A DNA stretch of 64,000 bases from Bryobacterales bacterium (GTDB lineage: Bacteria; Acidobacteriota; Terriglobia; Bryobacterales; UBA6623). The stretch spans positions 1,536,001 through 1,600,000 of the forward strand of contig OY729428.2 of assembly GCA_963422375.2 (NCBI GenBank). The letters run 5' to 3'. The notes below the pieces were generated by a model. The model was not told the DNA's origin. It ran no database searches and worked only from the letters and a program-made list of their open reading frames with translations. Below are positions 11,368-22,326 of this stretch, piece by piece. Positions within the stretch are counted from its first letter, which is position 1. Every line of letters begins with the position of its first letter. The translations under genes and the position numbers were made by a program.

Positions 11368-12708
11368 ATGGGTGCTTCGGTGAGTATCGACAGACGCGCT
11401 TTCCTGCAGGGAGCAGGGGGAATCGCATTGGCGCTCCCGGTGCTGGACGCCATGGGAGCCGCGGTGACCGACGAGGTTCCGCGTCGCTTCTGCGCCCTCT
11501 ACACGGCCAATGGGATGTCGTTGCCGAGGGAGGAGAACGGCATTGACGAGTGGAGCTGGTTCCCCTCCGGCGAGTGCGACGGCGAGTTCGTCTTCGGCAA
11601 GTCCACCGAGCCGCTGAGCTCGTTCCGCGAGCAGCTCAGTTTCTTGGGTGGGCTCTACCACCCGAGCGGGCCGAAGGCCGATCCGCACACCTGCTCCGAC
11701 ATGTGGCTTACCGGGGCGCCCTTGCACAACCCGACCCGGAAGACTTACAACAGCGTCGCGCTCGACCAGGTGGTGGCACTGCATACCAAGCAGCACTGCC
11801 GACAGCCGTCCCTCGTGCTGTCGATCGACGCCGGCACCGGCTTCCTTTCGCGGACCGGGACGATCTCGTACGACTTGGAGGGTCGGCCGATTCCCGCGGA
11901 GAACAATCCCCGGCGGGTTTTCAACCGGCTCTTCCGCGGCGACCGCGCGTCGCTTGAGTCGCAGCGGGACGAGCTGCAGCGGCGCATCAAGCTGGTCGAC
12001 GCCGTAACCGAGAGCGCTCGCACGCTCGACCGCCAGCTCGGAAAGTCGGACAGGGAGCGTATGGACCAGTACCTGACCTCCCTCAGCGAGGTCGAGTCGC
12101 GGCTGATCGCCTCGGAGCGCTGGATCGATATCCCGATCAAGAGGCAGGACTACTCGCACCTCAACTTGGACGCCACGTCCGAGGGCGAGCCTTCCGAGTA
12201 CTACCGGACGATGTTCGACCTGATCGCGCTGGCGTTTGACGCGGACATCACTCGCTCGGTGGCGTTCATGCTGAATCGCGAGGACGGCATGGGCATCAGC
12301 GACACGTTCCCTCTCAAGCTAGGCCTCTCGCATACGCACCACAAGCTCTCGCACGCCACGGACAAGGAAGGCCAGCTGAATTTCGCCAAGTACGACCGGT
12401 TCCTCAGCGAGCAGATCGCGCATTTCCTCGGGCGGCTGACCTACTACAGGGACCGCGACGGCAGCGTGCTCGACAACACCATCGTGCTGTTCGGCAGCGG
12501 CGCGAGCACCACGCACACGCCGCGCAACCTGCCGACCTTGGTCGCGGGCGGGGCCAACCTGGGCCTCCGCCACGGAGTCTACTGGAGGGACGGCGAGACG
12601 CGGATGTCCAACATGTACCTGAGCATCCTGCGGGCTCTCCAACTCGAGACGGAATCCTTCGCCGACAGCACCGGCACCCTGACCGAGTCGATCTTCACCC
12701 GGTCATAG
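11368..12708 (+). CDS. DUF1552 (HXXSHH) protein
   Basis: Tat-like [35 protein letters not shown]; directly follows DUF1592 as is usual. Confidence 0.88.
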   Translation: MGASVSIDRRAFLQGAGGIALALPVLDAMGAAVTDEVPRRFCALYTANGMSLPREENGIDEWSWFPSGECDGEFVFGKSTEPLSSFREQLSFLGGLYHPSGPKADPHTCSDMWLTGAPLHNPTRKTYNSVALDQVVALHTKQHCRQPSLVLSIDAGTGFLSRTGTISYDLEGRPIPAENNPRRVFNRLFRGDRASLESQRDELQRRIKLVDAVTESARTLDRQLGKSDRERMDQYLTSLSEVESRLIASERWIDIPIKRQDYSHLNLDATSEGEPSEYYRTMFDLIALAFDADITRSVAFMLNREDGMGISDTFPLKLGLSHTHHKLSHATDKEGQLNFAKYDRFLSEQIAHFLGRLTYYRDRDGSVLDNTIVLFGSGASTTHTPRNLPTLVAGGANLGLRHGVYWRDGETRMSNMYLSILRALQLETESFADSTGTLTESIFTRS

Positions 12709-12796
12709 GGCAGCGCGAGCCGGTCGGAAGGTCCCGCGATTCCGACGGACGGGCTACGAAGAGCGGGAAGGCACGGATGGGGGCGGGGCGCCCGCT

Positions 12797-13231
12797 ATGG
12801 CGCTCGGCTCGATCAGTAACGGATCTATGTTCCTCACGCTGCTAATTGTCACGTTTCTTATCGCGTTGGCGGTCTCGTTCGCTGTCGTCCAGCTGTTTGA
12901 CCGCCCGGTTGCCGCAATACTGCGTCGCATCGTGGCGGACGAACTGAGCTCGGCATGGCACCGCTACATCAAGTTCGCGGCGTACGTCGTGGGCATCTCG
13001 GGAGGCGTTCGCATCCATGACCTGGAACGGTACATCTCGGCACCCTTGGAGGGGCAGGAGATCCTGGACCTGACCGCGGAGCGGTGGACGCTGGAGGCGT
13101 ATCGGACCGTGATTGAGACGCTGCAGGGCATCGCTTGGATGCTGCTCCTGGTCTTCGTGCTGGCACTGGTGGCGTACGTGCTCGCCCGCGGCTTTGAACT
13201 TCGATACGCTCGAGGTCCCAAGGGGGACTGA
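12797..13231 (+). CDS. Hypothetical membrane protein (about 3 TM segments)
   Basis: Three hydrophobic segments; alternative start at ATG 12827. Confidence 0.7.
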   Translation: MALGSISNGSMFLTLLIVTFLIALAVSFAVVQLFDRPVAAILRRIVADELSSAWHRYIKFAAYVVGISGGVRIHDLERYISAPLEGQEILDLTAERWTLEAYRTVIETLQGIAWMLLLVFVLALVAYVLARGFELRYARGPKGD

Positions 13232-13282
13232 CGCTCCGTTCAGACCGTCCCGGCCGACGGCAGCGGCGGCCTCTGGCGCGCC

Positions 13283-14692
13283 CTATCCGAGCACCGCCTC
13301 GGTCGCCTCGGCGAGAATTCGAACGATGCGATCGATCTGCTCGCGAGTCACGACGTACGGCGGCGCGAGGCAAAATACGTCCCCGCGCATCCGACTGAAC
13401 AGGCCCCGCTTCCGGGCCTGAGCGCTGAGCCTTTCGCCGACTCGCGCCCTGGGCTCGAACTCGGCCTTGGTGGACCGGTCCTCCACGAACTCGACCGCGC
13501 ACATCAGCCCCTTGCCGCGGATGTCTCCCACGTGGGGGTGATCCCCGAATGCGGCTTCCATCTCGGCTAGGAGGTAGCGTCCCATAGCGCCCGCCCGCGC
13601 AACGAGTCCCTCGCGCTCCAGAATTCGGATGTTCGCGAGCGCCACCGCGCAGCCGACAGGGTGCGCGCTGTAGGTGTACGCATGCATCCAAGGCGTGTCG
13701 CCTCGGTCGAGCGTCTCCGCGACCCCTTGCGAGACCCCGACTCCGCCGAGCGGGAAATAGCCCGAGGTGACCGCCTTGGCGAACTGCACGAGGTCCGGCT
13801 CCACTCCCCAGTGCTCCAGGGCGAACCACTTTCCGGTCCGGCCGAATCCGGTGATGACTTCGTCAGCGACGAGCAGGACGTCGTACCGGTCGCAGATCGC
13901 CCGGATCTGCCGAAAGTAGTCGTCTTGAGGCACGATGACGCCGCCGGCCCCTTGGACGGGCTCCGCCAGAAACATCGCGACCGTCTCGGGGCCTTCCCGC
14001 GAGATCGCGTTCTCGAGCTCGTCGGCCGCGGCCATCCCGGGGCTCGTGCCCGCTGGTGCTTCGTATCGATAGGGATAAGGGGAAGGGATCTGCACGAAAC
14101 CCGGAACGCGAGGCTCGAACAGCGGCCAGTAGCTCGGAATGCCGGTCGCGCTCATTGCCGCCAGCGTCACCCCGTGATACCCCCACTGGCGGGAGATGAC
14201 CTTGGTCTTCCTTGGACGGCCCCGAATCTTCCAATAGGACCGAGCGAGCTTGAAACTCGTCTCGCTGGCCTCGCCGCCTCCCGACGTGAAGAAGAAGCGG
14301 TTGATCGAAGGGTAGATCAAGCGGGAGAGCTTCTCGGCCAGTTCGATCGCGCGGAGGTTCGAACTCCCGGCGTACCCCGAGCAGTAGGCGAGATCCTGCA
14401 TCTGCTGCCCGGCAGCTTCGGCCATTTCCTCGCGTCCGTGGCCGACAACCACGTTCCAGAGCCCGGACAGCCCGTCAATGTACTCGCGTCCGTCAGCGTC
14501 CACCAAGACCGCTCCGTGTCCGCTCACCCAGACATGACCCCCTCGGTGCGTGTTGGAGCTATGCAGCGGGTGGATCAGGTGATCGAGGTCACGGGAAAGG
14601 AGCTTGGCATTTGCAGAGCCGTCGGCATGTGCCACTCCCGTGGCGCGGGGGGAGACGCTTTGCGACGGGCGCGGATTCCGCATCGCCTGCAT
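13283..14692 (-). CDS. Class III PLP aminotransferase (omega-amino acid/amine transaminase)
   Basis: YIDGLSGLWNV, GYHG, AEPVQGAGG, LVADEVITGFGRTG, FAKAVTSGY. Confidence 0.92.
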   Translation of the reverse strand: MQAMRNPRPSQSVSPRATGVAHADGSANAKLLSRDLDHLIHPLHSSNTHRGGHVWVSGHGAVLVDADGREYIDGLSGLWNVVVGHGREEMAEAAGQQMQDLAYCSGYAGSSNLRAIELAEKLSRLIYPSINRFFFTSGGGEASETSFKLARSYWKIRGRPRKTKVISRQWGYHGVTLAAMSATGIPSYWPLFEPRVPGFVQIPSPYPYRYEAPAGTSPGMAAADELENAISREGPETVAMFLAEPVQGAGGVIVPQDDYFRQIRAICDRYDVLLVADEVITGFGRTGKWFALEHWGVEPDLVQFAKAVTSGYFPLGGVGVSQGVAETLDRGDTPWMHAYTYSAHPVGCAVALANIRILEREGLVARAGAMGRYLLAEMEAAFGDHPHVGDIRGKGLMCAVEFVEDRSTKAEFEPRARVGERLSAQARKRGLFSRMRGDVFCLAPPYVVTREQIDRIVRILAEATEAVLG

Positions 14693-15679
14693 CGTACCTC
14701 AACCTTCTTCGTCGGCACGACATCCCCCGCGTGGCGTTGCCCCGTCAACTAGGGCCCGAAGGTCGCCGACCCTAATGCGCAAACGGATGGGATTGTCGCC
14801 GTCCGGCACGCACAGGCACGGCTTGCGACTCTAAGGATACCGCCCGTTGACAGACCTTATTGGTGCAGACTTATTGATTGAAATTCTGGACAATACACCG
14901 TCCGGTTCTCAGGAAAATTTACAATTTAATGAGCGGATTTATCTTCGGTATAATTCCGAAGATCTTGTTCAGATATTACTACTTAATTGAAAGATATTCT
15001 CGCTAGAATGACTTGTATAAACGGAAACTTTGTCTGTGAAAACTTGATAGAAACCCGAGTTGGCGTAAAGCTCTTCAATACCGATATTTCGAAGAGATTC
15101 TGGTCCGCGTCCAATCCTCCGGGAAGGTGCCCGACTTCCAAGGCGACCTCAGCATGCAACATCAAAGACCAATTACCATTGGCTATGTTCCGAATAATGT
15201 GATCGCCCATGCCGATTCCGGCTGGCAAAGCGGGAATACGCCGCCTCGAGGGCCGATCTGAAGTCTTCCCGAAGCTGGTCCCAGACGCGGGCCTGGCAGT
15301 CGGTCTGTCCGCAACGGGCCCATCGACCGCGACCTGAGCTGGCGAGAGCGGTTCCCGCTCTACGCCCTCTCCCGGCTTGAACGACATCCCGTCCGGCTTG
15401 GTCCCGAAGGCCAGCGACTCCCTCCAGGCCAAAGCGCCGCTACTGCCCGGGCCTGCAGGCACAGCTCTGCGTCGGCCCGCCCGCTGGCCGCATAGCCCGG
15501 GGCGGGATGATCTGCTCGCGCATCCAGTCCGCGCTGGACCGTGAAGGGTCCGACGTGCTCTGGGCCGATTCCCGTCTCGCTTCCCGATGCCTGTCGAGGA
15601 ATTGGCCGGCTCGCCATCGAGCGCCATCCGTTCGGGCATGGTGACGCCGCTGCACGACCTTCCATCTGGGCCCGATCTC

Positions 15680-15943
15680 CTACCACTCGGGGTGCTCGCG
15701 GCGCTTCCCGAACAGCGCGTGAGGGTTGTCTCGCAGGAGCATGGTCGCCAGCTCGAGCCTCTCGTCCTCGCTGCAGAACCCGTCCTCGACCTTCTCCGCC
15801 AGAACGCGGGCGACGTTGCGACGGGCGAGCTTGGCGTGCGCGTAAGTAAGTTCCGGATAGCGGTAATCCCCGCCGAAGCCGGCCGCCGGGGAAGAGAGCA
15901 GCGCGGGGACGGATCCGAAGAATGTGCGTCGGCCGACTGGCAT
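15680..15943 (-). pseudogene. Internally deleted Tat-exported amidohydrolase remnant
   Basis: Tat-like MPVGRRTFFG joined directly to an amidohydrolase-type C-terminus FGGDY...ARRNVARVLAEKVEDG...MLLRDNPHALF; only 87 aa. Confidence 0.6.
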
Positions 15944-15981
15944 GGTCCGGCAGGATCCCCACGCGTTCGCAGCAGAGATTC

Positions 15982-16287
15982 TCAGCCTCCCACGACCAGA
16001 AGATTGACCACGCGCTTGACGCCCTTGACGGCGGCGACTTTGGTCGCCCTCGACTTCACCTTGGCCGACCGGGCGATCCCCCGGATGGTGACCACCCCGT
16101 CGGTCACTTCGACCGTCAGTGCGCGGATGCGCAGGAACGTGTTCCTGTTGAGCTTGGCCTGCACGCGGTCGTGCAGGGAGCCGTCGGGCTGCTGCCCGGG
16201 CAGCGCCGCCCGACCTCCGGCGACGGCGATTATCAGTCTGCGTCGGGTCAACCGCATCACTCGATCGAAGGTACCAGCGGCGTTCAT
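15982..16287 (-). CDS. BON domain protein
   Basis: DGSLHDRVQAKL...LTVEVTDGVVTIRG...VKGVKRVVNLLVV. Confidence 0.85.
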   Translation of the reverse strand: MNAAGTFDRVMRLTRRRLIIAVAGGRAALPGQQPDGSLHDRVQAKLNRNTFLRIRALTVEVTDGVVTIRGIARSAKVKSRATKVAAVKGVKRVVNLLVVGG

Positions 16288-17234
16288 TCCGATTCAAGAA
16301 TCCGACGGAAGTCGAGTTCGCGCACGAACGCCTTCTGGTTGCGCCAGTTGCGACGCACCTTGACGAAGACTTCGAGATGCACCCTGCGATCGAACCGGGC
16401 TTCCAGCGCTTGGCGCGCCCTGCTGGCGAGCTGCTTCATCTTCTCTCCCTTCCGGCCGATCAGGATCGCCTTCTGGCCGTCGCGCTCCACGACGACGGTC
16501 GCCGCGATGCGGAGATTCCTCCGGGTTTCCTCCCATCGTTCGATGTCAACCGCCACCGCGTGCGGGATTTCGTCGTGCGTCTCGCGCAGGATGCGCTCCC
16601 GGATCAGCTCCGCCGCGAGGAATCTCTCGGGCTGGTCGGTTAGATGACCTTCCGGATAGTACTGCGGCGCTTCCGGCAGCTTCTCGAACAGCTCCGCGAG
16701 CACACGCTCGAGATTGACCCGCTTCGTGGCGGAAATCGGCACGAAGCCGTCGAAGTCGTGCATTTTCCGGCAGCGGTCGAGGAAGGGCAGCAGCAGGTCC
16801 TTGCGGGCGACTCGGTCCACCTTGTTCGCCAGTAGCAGCGTCGGCGCCCCTAGGTTCTTCGCGACTGAGACCGCCCGCTCGTCCGCGTCGTCGAGCGGGG
16901 CGCTGACGTCCACCATGACCAGCGTTGCCTGGCATCCCTGCGTGGCACGAGCGACCTCCCGCATCATGCGCTGGCCAAGTTCCTTCGACGGCTCATGCAC
17001 GCCGGGGCAGTCCACGAAGACGATCTGCCCGCGGGGCTCGCTCAGCACGCCTTGGATGGCGTCGCGGGTGGTCTGCGGCCGACGGCTCACGATGGCGACC
17101 TTGCTGCCGACCAGCGCGTTCAGAAGCGTCGACTTGCCCACGTTGGGCTTGCCGAGGATCGTGACGAAACCGGCCTTCGCGCCGCTCCGTCGCTCTGGGC
17201 CGCCGGTTGGCGGCACGGGCGCATCCTGCGTCAC
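16284..17234 (-). CDS. era: GTPase Era
   Basis: GFVTILGKPNVGKSTL, PQTTR, DCPG, NKVD, C-terminal KH domain with ILIGRKG. Confidence 0.96.
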   Translation of the reverse strand: MTQDAPVPPTGGPERRSGAKAGFVTILGKPNVGKSTLLNALVGSKVAIVSRRPQTTRDAIQGVLSEPRGQIVFVDCPGVHEPSKELGQRMMREVARATQGCQATLVMVDVSAPLDDADERAVSVAKNLGAPTLLLANKVDRVARKDLLLPFLDRCRKMHDFDGFVPISATKRVNLERVLAELFEKLPEAPQYYPEGHLTDQPERFLAAELIRERILRETHDEIPHAVAVDIERWEETRRNLRIAATVVVERDGQKAILIGRKGEKMKQLASRARQALEARFDRRVHLEVFVKVRRNWRNQKAFVRELDFRRILESE

Positions 17235-17686
17235 TCCGCGCTCCTCGCGATCAGGCCCGACGGAAGGCTGTAGCGCGCCCGCAGGCGCTCTTCGGCCGCT
17301 TGCATTTCCCCGTCGTCGGCCTCGTGGTCGTAGCCGCTCAGGTGCAGCAGGCCGTGCAGGGCGAGAACTTGGATCTCCTCCTCCATGCTGTGGCCGTGCT
17401 CCGCTGCCTGCCGGGAGGCCCGAGCGGCGGAGATCAGCAGGTCTCCTAGGTACCCGTCTTCGCCGTCCGGGAACGACAGCACGTCAGTGGCCTTTGGCGC
17501 GCTGCGGAAGCGGGCGTTCGCGCTCCGCAGCGCCCGGTCCGTGCTGACGACCACGGAAAACTCCATGCCTCGAGCGAGGTCGCGGGCGATGACCGCCAGG
17601 AACCCCCGCACCCTGCTCTCGTCGAATCGGATCTTGCGCTGGCGGTTGACGAAATGCCAGCCCCCTTCGGATGGTCGGGCGCTCAT
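17231..17686 (-). CDS. ybeY: rRNA maturation RNase YbeY
   Basis: TDVLSFP, LGDLLIS, HGLLHLSGYDH; ATGA overlap with the phoH stop. Confidence 0.95.
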   Translation of the reverse strand: MSARPSEGGWHFVNRQRKIRFDESRVRGFLAVIARDLARGMEFSVVVSTDRALRSANARFRSAPKATDVLSFPDGEDGYLGDLLISAARASRQAAEHGHSMEEEIQVLALHGLLHLSGYDHEADDGEMQAAEERLRARYSLPSGLIARSAE

Positions 17687-18696
17687 TCCGGACGCTCGGG
17701 CCGCGCGCCAGGGGCGCGCCGCTCGTATGCGGGAGCCAGCGCGTTCAGCTGCCTGGCGTTGTAGCGTTCGTAAGCCCGGATGATGCGCTGGACGAGGCTG
17801 TGCCGCACGACGTCGCTCTCGCCGAAATGCACGAACCGGACGCCCTTGACGTCCGCCAGGACGTCCAGCGCTTCGATCAGGCCGCTGCGCTTGCCGGAGG
17901 GCAGGTCGATCTGCGTGATGTCGCCGGTAATTGCCGCCTTGGACCCGAATCCGAGACGGGTGATGAACATCTTCATTTGCTCGGCAGTGGCGTTCTGGGC
18001 CTCGTCTAGAATGATGAAGCTCTCGTTTAGCGAGCGGCCTCGCATGAACGCCAGTGGCGCGACCTCGATCGAGCCGTTCGCGAGACAGCGTTCGACGCGC
18101 TCGGCGTCGAGCAGGTCGTGCAGCGCGTCGTAGAGCGGGCGCAGGTAGGGATCCACCTTCTGCTGGAGCGTGCCCGGTAGGAACCCGAGCCGCTCCCCCG
18201 CCTCGACCGCGGGCCGCGCGAGCACAATGCGGCGCACCTGCTTGGCCAGCAGCGCCCAGATAGCGTACGCCACCGCCAGGTAGGTCTTGCCCGTGCCCGC
18301 GGGGCCGATGCCAAATACCATGTCGGAACGCTCCATGGCCTCGAAGTAGCGCAGCTGGTTCAGGCTGCGGGGCGTGACGGACTTGCGCCCGCACAGACGC
18401 TGCCGGCTGCTTTCCACGAGCCCCTTGAAGCTTATGTCCGGGTCGGCCGTGGCGACGCGCAGGAAGTTCCGCACGTCGCCGTTGCTGAACCGATGGCCCT
18501 CGTTGAGGAGGGTCATGTAGTCGGCGATGATGTCGTCCGCCCTGCGGACCTGCTGCTCGTCGCCCTCGATCTCGAGGCTGTCCGCGGACAGGTGGGCGGT
18601 CACCCCGAGCGACTTCTCCAAGATGCGGAGATTCTCGTCCCGCGTGCCCACCAGCGACTGGATGCCTTGGCTGACGGAGATGAATGCTTTGCTCAA
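17683..18696 (-). CDS. phoH: PhoH family protein
   Basis: [43 protein letters not shown]. Confidence 0.95.
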   Translation of the reverse strand: MSKAFISVSQGIQSLVGTRDENLRILEKSLGVTAHLSADSLEIEGDEQQVRRADDIIADYMTLLNEGHRFSNGDVRNFLRVATADPDISFKGLVESSRQRLCGRKSVTPRSLNQLRYFEAMERSDMVFGIGPAGTGKTYLAVAYAIWALLAKQVRRIVLARPAVEAGERLGFLPGTLQQKVDPYLRPLYDALHDLLDAERVERCLANGSIEVAPLAFMRGRSLNESFIILDEAQNATAEQMKMFITRLGFGSKAAITGDITQIDLPSGKRSGLIEALDVLADVKGVRFVHFGESDVVRHSLVQRIIRAYERYNARQLNALAPAYERRAPGARPERPE

Positions 18697-19109
18697 TTGG
18701 TTCGGTGCCTTCCTCGTCTCGTTGGTCCGGCGGCCCGCTACTGGCGGCAGGCCCCGTTGCGGCGCCCGCTAGACTTCCTTCCGCGGCGGATATCGCTCGC
18801 GGGGTGCCAGGGCGAGAATCTCGCTCGCCTCGGCGCGCCAGGCGCCCGTTGACCGGATCGAATCCGACCAGGCAATCCAGCCGGCCCGGGGATCTGCCGG
18901 GAGGCGCCGTAGGGGGGCCTCGGGGCTGTCTGCGGCGGAGGCTGCGACGATCCGGCTGCTCGCGCTCGCCCGGCTAGCCGCCCGTGCCGCCGCGCAGGCA
19001 GGGCCGCTTCTCGCAAGGTCTCTGGCGGGGACTGCGATCTGAGCCACCTATCGAAAGAATAGCCAAGCGGCTTGCGCCGTCCCTGCGAGAACGGCGCGTC
19101 CGGCCGGGA

Positions 19110-20558
19110 TCAGGCCAGCACCTCGCGGATGACGTGCCCATGCACGTCGGTCAGGCGGAAGTCGCGCCCGCCGAACCGGAACGAAAGCTTGGTGTGGTCG
19201 ATTCCGAGCAGGTGGAGCACGGTTGCATGCAGGTCATGGACAGTCCGGATGCCCTCGATCGCGTGATAGCCGTACTCGTCCGTCGCCCCGTAGACCGTGC
19301 CCGGCTTGATGCCGCCCCCGGCCAGCCACAGGCTGAATCCGAAGGGGTTGTGGTCGCGCCCGTTGGAACCTTGCACGAAGGGGGTCCGCCCGAACTCGCC
19401 CGAGAAGATGACCAAGGTCTCGTCGAACAGGCCGCGCGCCTTGAGATCCCGGAGCAGGCCTGCCACCGGCTGGTCCACCGCGAATGCGTTGCGGCCGTGG
19501 CCCACGATCAGATCCTGGTGCTGGTCCCACGGGTTGGACGAGTTGCCTCGGCCGCGATTGCGGCCGTCGACCATCGTCAGCTCGACGAAGCGGACTCCGC
19601 GTTCGACCAGCCGTCGGGCGATCAGGCACTGCAGGGCGTAGTCGCGCTTGGGCGGGAACGTCGAGTCGAGGCCGTACAGCTTGCGGGTCGCGGTGGACTC
19701 GTCGCGGAGGTCGACGAGTTCGGGCACGGCCGTCTGCATGCGGTAGGCCGTCTCGTAGTTCTCGATGGCCGCCTCGACTTGGGGATGGCCGCGCGTGCGC
19801 TCGAGATAAATCGAGTCGAGCGAACGGATGAAGTCCAGTCGGCGGCGCTGCTTGGAGTCCTCCTCTCGCGGACGGACGTTCGCTAAGGGCTCCTCCGCTC
19901 CGGGATACAGGAACGAGCCTTGGTGCTGGGCTGGCAGGAACCCGCTGCTGAACATGTTGATGCCGCCCAGCGGGATCCCGCCAGTGCCGATCACCACGAA
20001 TCCGGGCAGGTCCTTGGAGGCGCTGCCCAGTCCGTAGTTCACCCAGGCTCCCATCGACGGGAAGCCGGTGAACGGCTGCCCGCAGTGGAAGTAGAAGTTG
20101 CCCTGGGCATGCTCCATGAACCTCGCCGTCATGGAGCGGACGACGGCGATCTCGTCCGCGCAGGTGGCGATGTGCGGGAACAGGTCGCTCACGGCGATGC
20201 CCGACGCCCCGTAGCGGTGGAAGTCCCACGGGGACGGCATGATGTTGCCGTCCTGGTTGAACATCGTGCGGGCCGTCTCGAACGGCATCGGCTGCCCGGC
20301 CTCCGAGGCAAGGCGCGGCTTCGGGTCGAACGAGTCGATGTGCGACAGGCCGCCGGACATGTAGCAGAAGATGACGCTCCTGACCTTGGGCTCGAAGTGC
20401 GGGCCGGCAGGGGCGCGGTCGGCGGCGACCGCGCCGTAGGCGGGATCGGCCATCAGGCCCGACAAGGCGAGCATGCCAAAGCCCGTAGAGGTCGTGCGCA
20501 GCATCTCCCTGCGGGAGAAGGCTGGACGCGGACGCGGATGGAAGCGCGGATCGAGCAT
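19110..20558 (-). CDS. DUF1501 family protein (Tat signal)
   Basis: SRREML, GGLSHIDSFDPKP, ARRLVERGVRFVE, WDQH, EFGRTP, GRDHNP; start at ATG 20558 inside the long ORF. Confidence 0.9.
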   Translation of the reverse strand: MLDPRFHPRPRPAFSRREMLRTTSTGFGMLALSGLMADPAYGAVAADRAPAGPHFEPKVRSVIFCYMSGGLSHIDSFDPKPRLASEAGQPMPFETARTMFNQDGNIMPSPWDFHRYGASGIAVSDLFPHIATCADEIAVVRSMTARFMEHAQGNFYFHCGQPFTGFPSMGAWVNYGLGSASKDLPGFVVIGTGGIPLGGINMFSSGFLPAQHQGSFLYPGAEEPLANVRPREEDSKQRRRLDFIRSLDSIYLERTRGHPQVEAAIENYETAYRMQTAVPELVDLRDESTATRKLYGLDSTFPPKRDYALQCLIARRLVERGVRFVELTMVDGRNRGRGNSSNPWDQHQDLIVGHGRNAFAVDQPVAGLLRDLKARGLFDETLVIFSGEFGRTPFVQGSNGRDHNPFGFSLWLAGGGIKPGTVYGATDEYGYHAIEGIRTVHDLHATVLHLLGIDHTKLSFRFGGRDFRLTDVHGHVIREVLA

Positions 20559-20678
20559 GCCTGCAGATCCACGGATACTATAGCTCACGGGTCGTGCCCT
20601 ACGCGCCGATTGCCCTCCGTCCGTTGGCGAGCGGCCGGGCGTGACGTTCGCGGTTGGACTTGCGTGTACAATTCCCAC

Positions 20679-22325
20679 GTGTCGGTTGGCGCGATCGCGT
20701 GGCGCAGCTGCATTCTCGCTGCGCTGCTGTTGGCTGCTTGGCCTAGCGACGCGCAGGGCACGCGAGAGGACTGGCCCAGCTACGGGGGCCTGTGGAACGC
20801 TTGGCGCCACAGCGAGCTCGACCAGGTCAACGTCGACAACGTCCGGCGCCTGACCGCGGTCTGGGCGTTCCAGGCCGAGGACGGAGCCGAAGGCCTCCAA
20901 GCAACGCCGATTGTCCGCGCCGGCGTCCTGTACCTGTCGACGTCCTCGAACCTGATCTACGCACTCGACGCCGCCTCCGGCGACGTGCTCTGGAAATACG
21001 ACGCCCGGCCCGGCCCTCCCGGCGTGTACCGGAAGCAGAATCGCGGCGTCGCGGTCGGTCACGGCTTGGTGTTCATGGGAACCATCGACAACCGCTTGGT
21101 CGCGGTCGATCGCGAGACCGGCCGGGATGTCTGGCAGGTTCAGGTCCAGGATCCGAAGCAGTGCGGCTGCAGCATCACCGGTGCGCCGCTGCTTGTCAAG
21201 GACAAGATTGTCGTCGGCGGGACGGGCGGCGACTTGGCCTATCGCGGCAGCATCAGCGCCTTCGACGCGAAGACCGGAGCGTTCGCGTGGCGCTTCTACA
21301 TCACGCCAGCCCCGGGCGAGCCGGGCAACGAGACATGGGAGGGGGATTCCTGGAGGTACGGCGGCGGAGCTCCGTGGATGACCGGATCGTACGACGCCGA
21401 GCTGGACCTGATTTACTGGGGCACGGGCAACGCGGCGCCCGACATGGACGGGGAGGCCCGGCGCGGCGACAACCTCTACACCGCCAGCGTGGTGGCGCTC
21501 TCGCCGGGCACCGGCGAGCTCGCTTGGCACTACCAGGAGGTGCCGCACGATGTCTGGGACTACGACTCGGCGTACGAGGTGATCCTCGTCGACCTGCCGG
21601 TCGCCGGGCGGCCGCGCAAGCTGCTGCTGCATCCCACGAAGGCGGGCTACACCTGGGTGCTGGACCGCACCAACGGGGAGTTTGTCGCCGCGTGGCCGAT
21701 GGTCGAGACCACGTGGGTGGCCGGGATCACCGAGGACGGCACTCTCGTCGGACGCGTCGAGCCGGCGCCGGGCAAGCCCGTCAAGGTGTGCCCGAGCGTC
21801 GGAGGCGGCAAGAGCTGGAACCAGGCGGCCTTCTCGCCGCTGACTGGGCTGATCTACATCCCGACGGCGAACGGATGCAGCTTCCTCCACGTGCGCAGCC
21901 AGAAGCCCGTGCCGGGCAAGGGGTACATCGGTGGCTTTTGGAAGGGCGCGCCGGCCTCGGCCGACAACTACTCTGCCCTTGTCGCGTTCGATCCGCTCAC
22001 GGGCGAGAAGCGCTGGGAGCTGCCATACAAGTACATGCTGCTCTCCTCGATCCTGAGCACGGCGGGCGGGCTGCTCTTCTACGGCGACGCCGAGGGGCGG
22101 TTTCTCGCCCGCGACGCCCGGACCGGCGAGAGCCTGTGGAGCTTCCAGACCGGTGCGGGGCACCGCGGCTCGTCGGTGACCTACGCCGTGGACGGTCGGC
22201 AGTACATCGCGACTCCGAGCGGGTGGGGCTCGATGGCCGCCGGAGGCAGGGCCCGATACCCCGAATTGCGGATGCTGTCCTCGAAGACCGCAACGGTGTT
22301 CGCGTTCGCCCTGCCGGAGGACTAG
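20679..22325 (+). CDS. PQQ-dependent dehydrogenase-like protein, paralog of 1802-3541
   Basis: Signal peptide; DWPSYGG, LQATP, KQCGCSITGAP, GDNLYT, HDVWDYDSAYE, CPSVGGGKSWN; GTG start estimated. Confidence 0.9.
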   Translation: MSVGAIAWRSCILAALLLAAWPSDAQGTREDWPSYGGLWNAWRHSELDQVNVDNVRRLTAVWAFQAEDGAEGLQATPIVRAGVLYLSTSSNLIYALDAASGDVLWKYDARPGPPGVYRKQNRGVAVGHGLVFMGTIDNRLVAVDRETGRDVWQVQVQDPKQCGCSITGAPLLVKDKIVVGGTGGDLAYRGSISAFDAKTGAFAWRFYITPAPGEPGNETWEGDSWRYGGGAPWMTGSYDAELDLIYWGTGNAAPDMDGEARRGDNLYTASVVALSPGTGELAWHYQEVPHDVWDYDSAYEVILVDLPVAGRPRKLLLHPTKAGYTWVLDRTNGEFVAAWPMVETTWVAGITEDGTLVGRVEPAPGKPVKVCPSVGGGKSWNQAAFSPLTGLIYIPTANGCSFLHVRSQKPVPGKGYIGGFWKGAPASADNYSALVAFDPLTGEKRWELPYKYMLLSSILSTAGGLLFYGDAEGRFLARDARTGESLWSFQTGAGHRGSSVTYAVDGRQYIATPSGWGSMAAGGRARYPELRMLSSKTATVFAFALPED

Positions 22326-22326
22326 C

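Noticed and set aside
15000..15210. Acyl-carrier-like fragment (LDADQNLFEIS) on the minus strand
   Set aside because: No DSL-type phosphopantetheine motif and no supporting context
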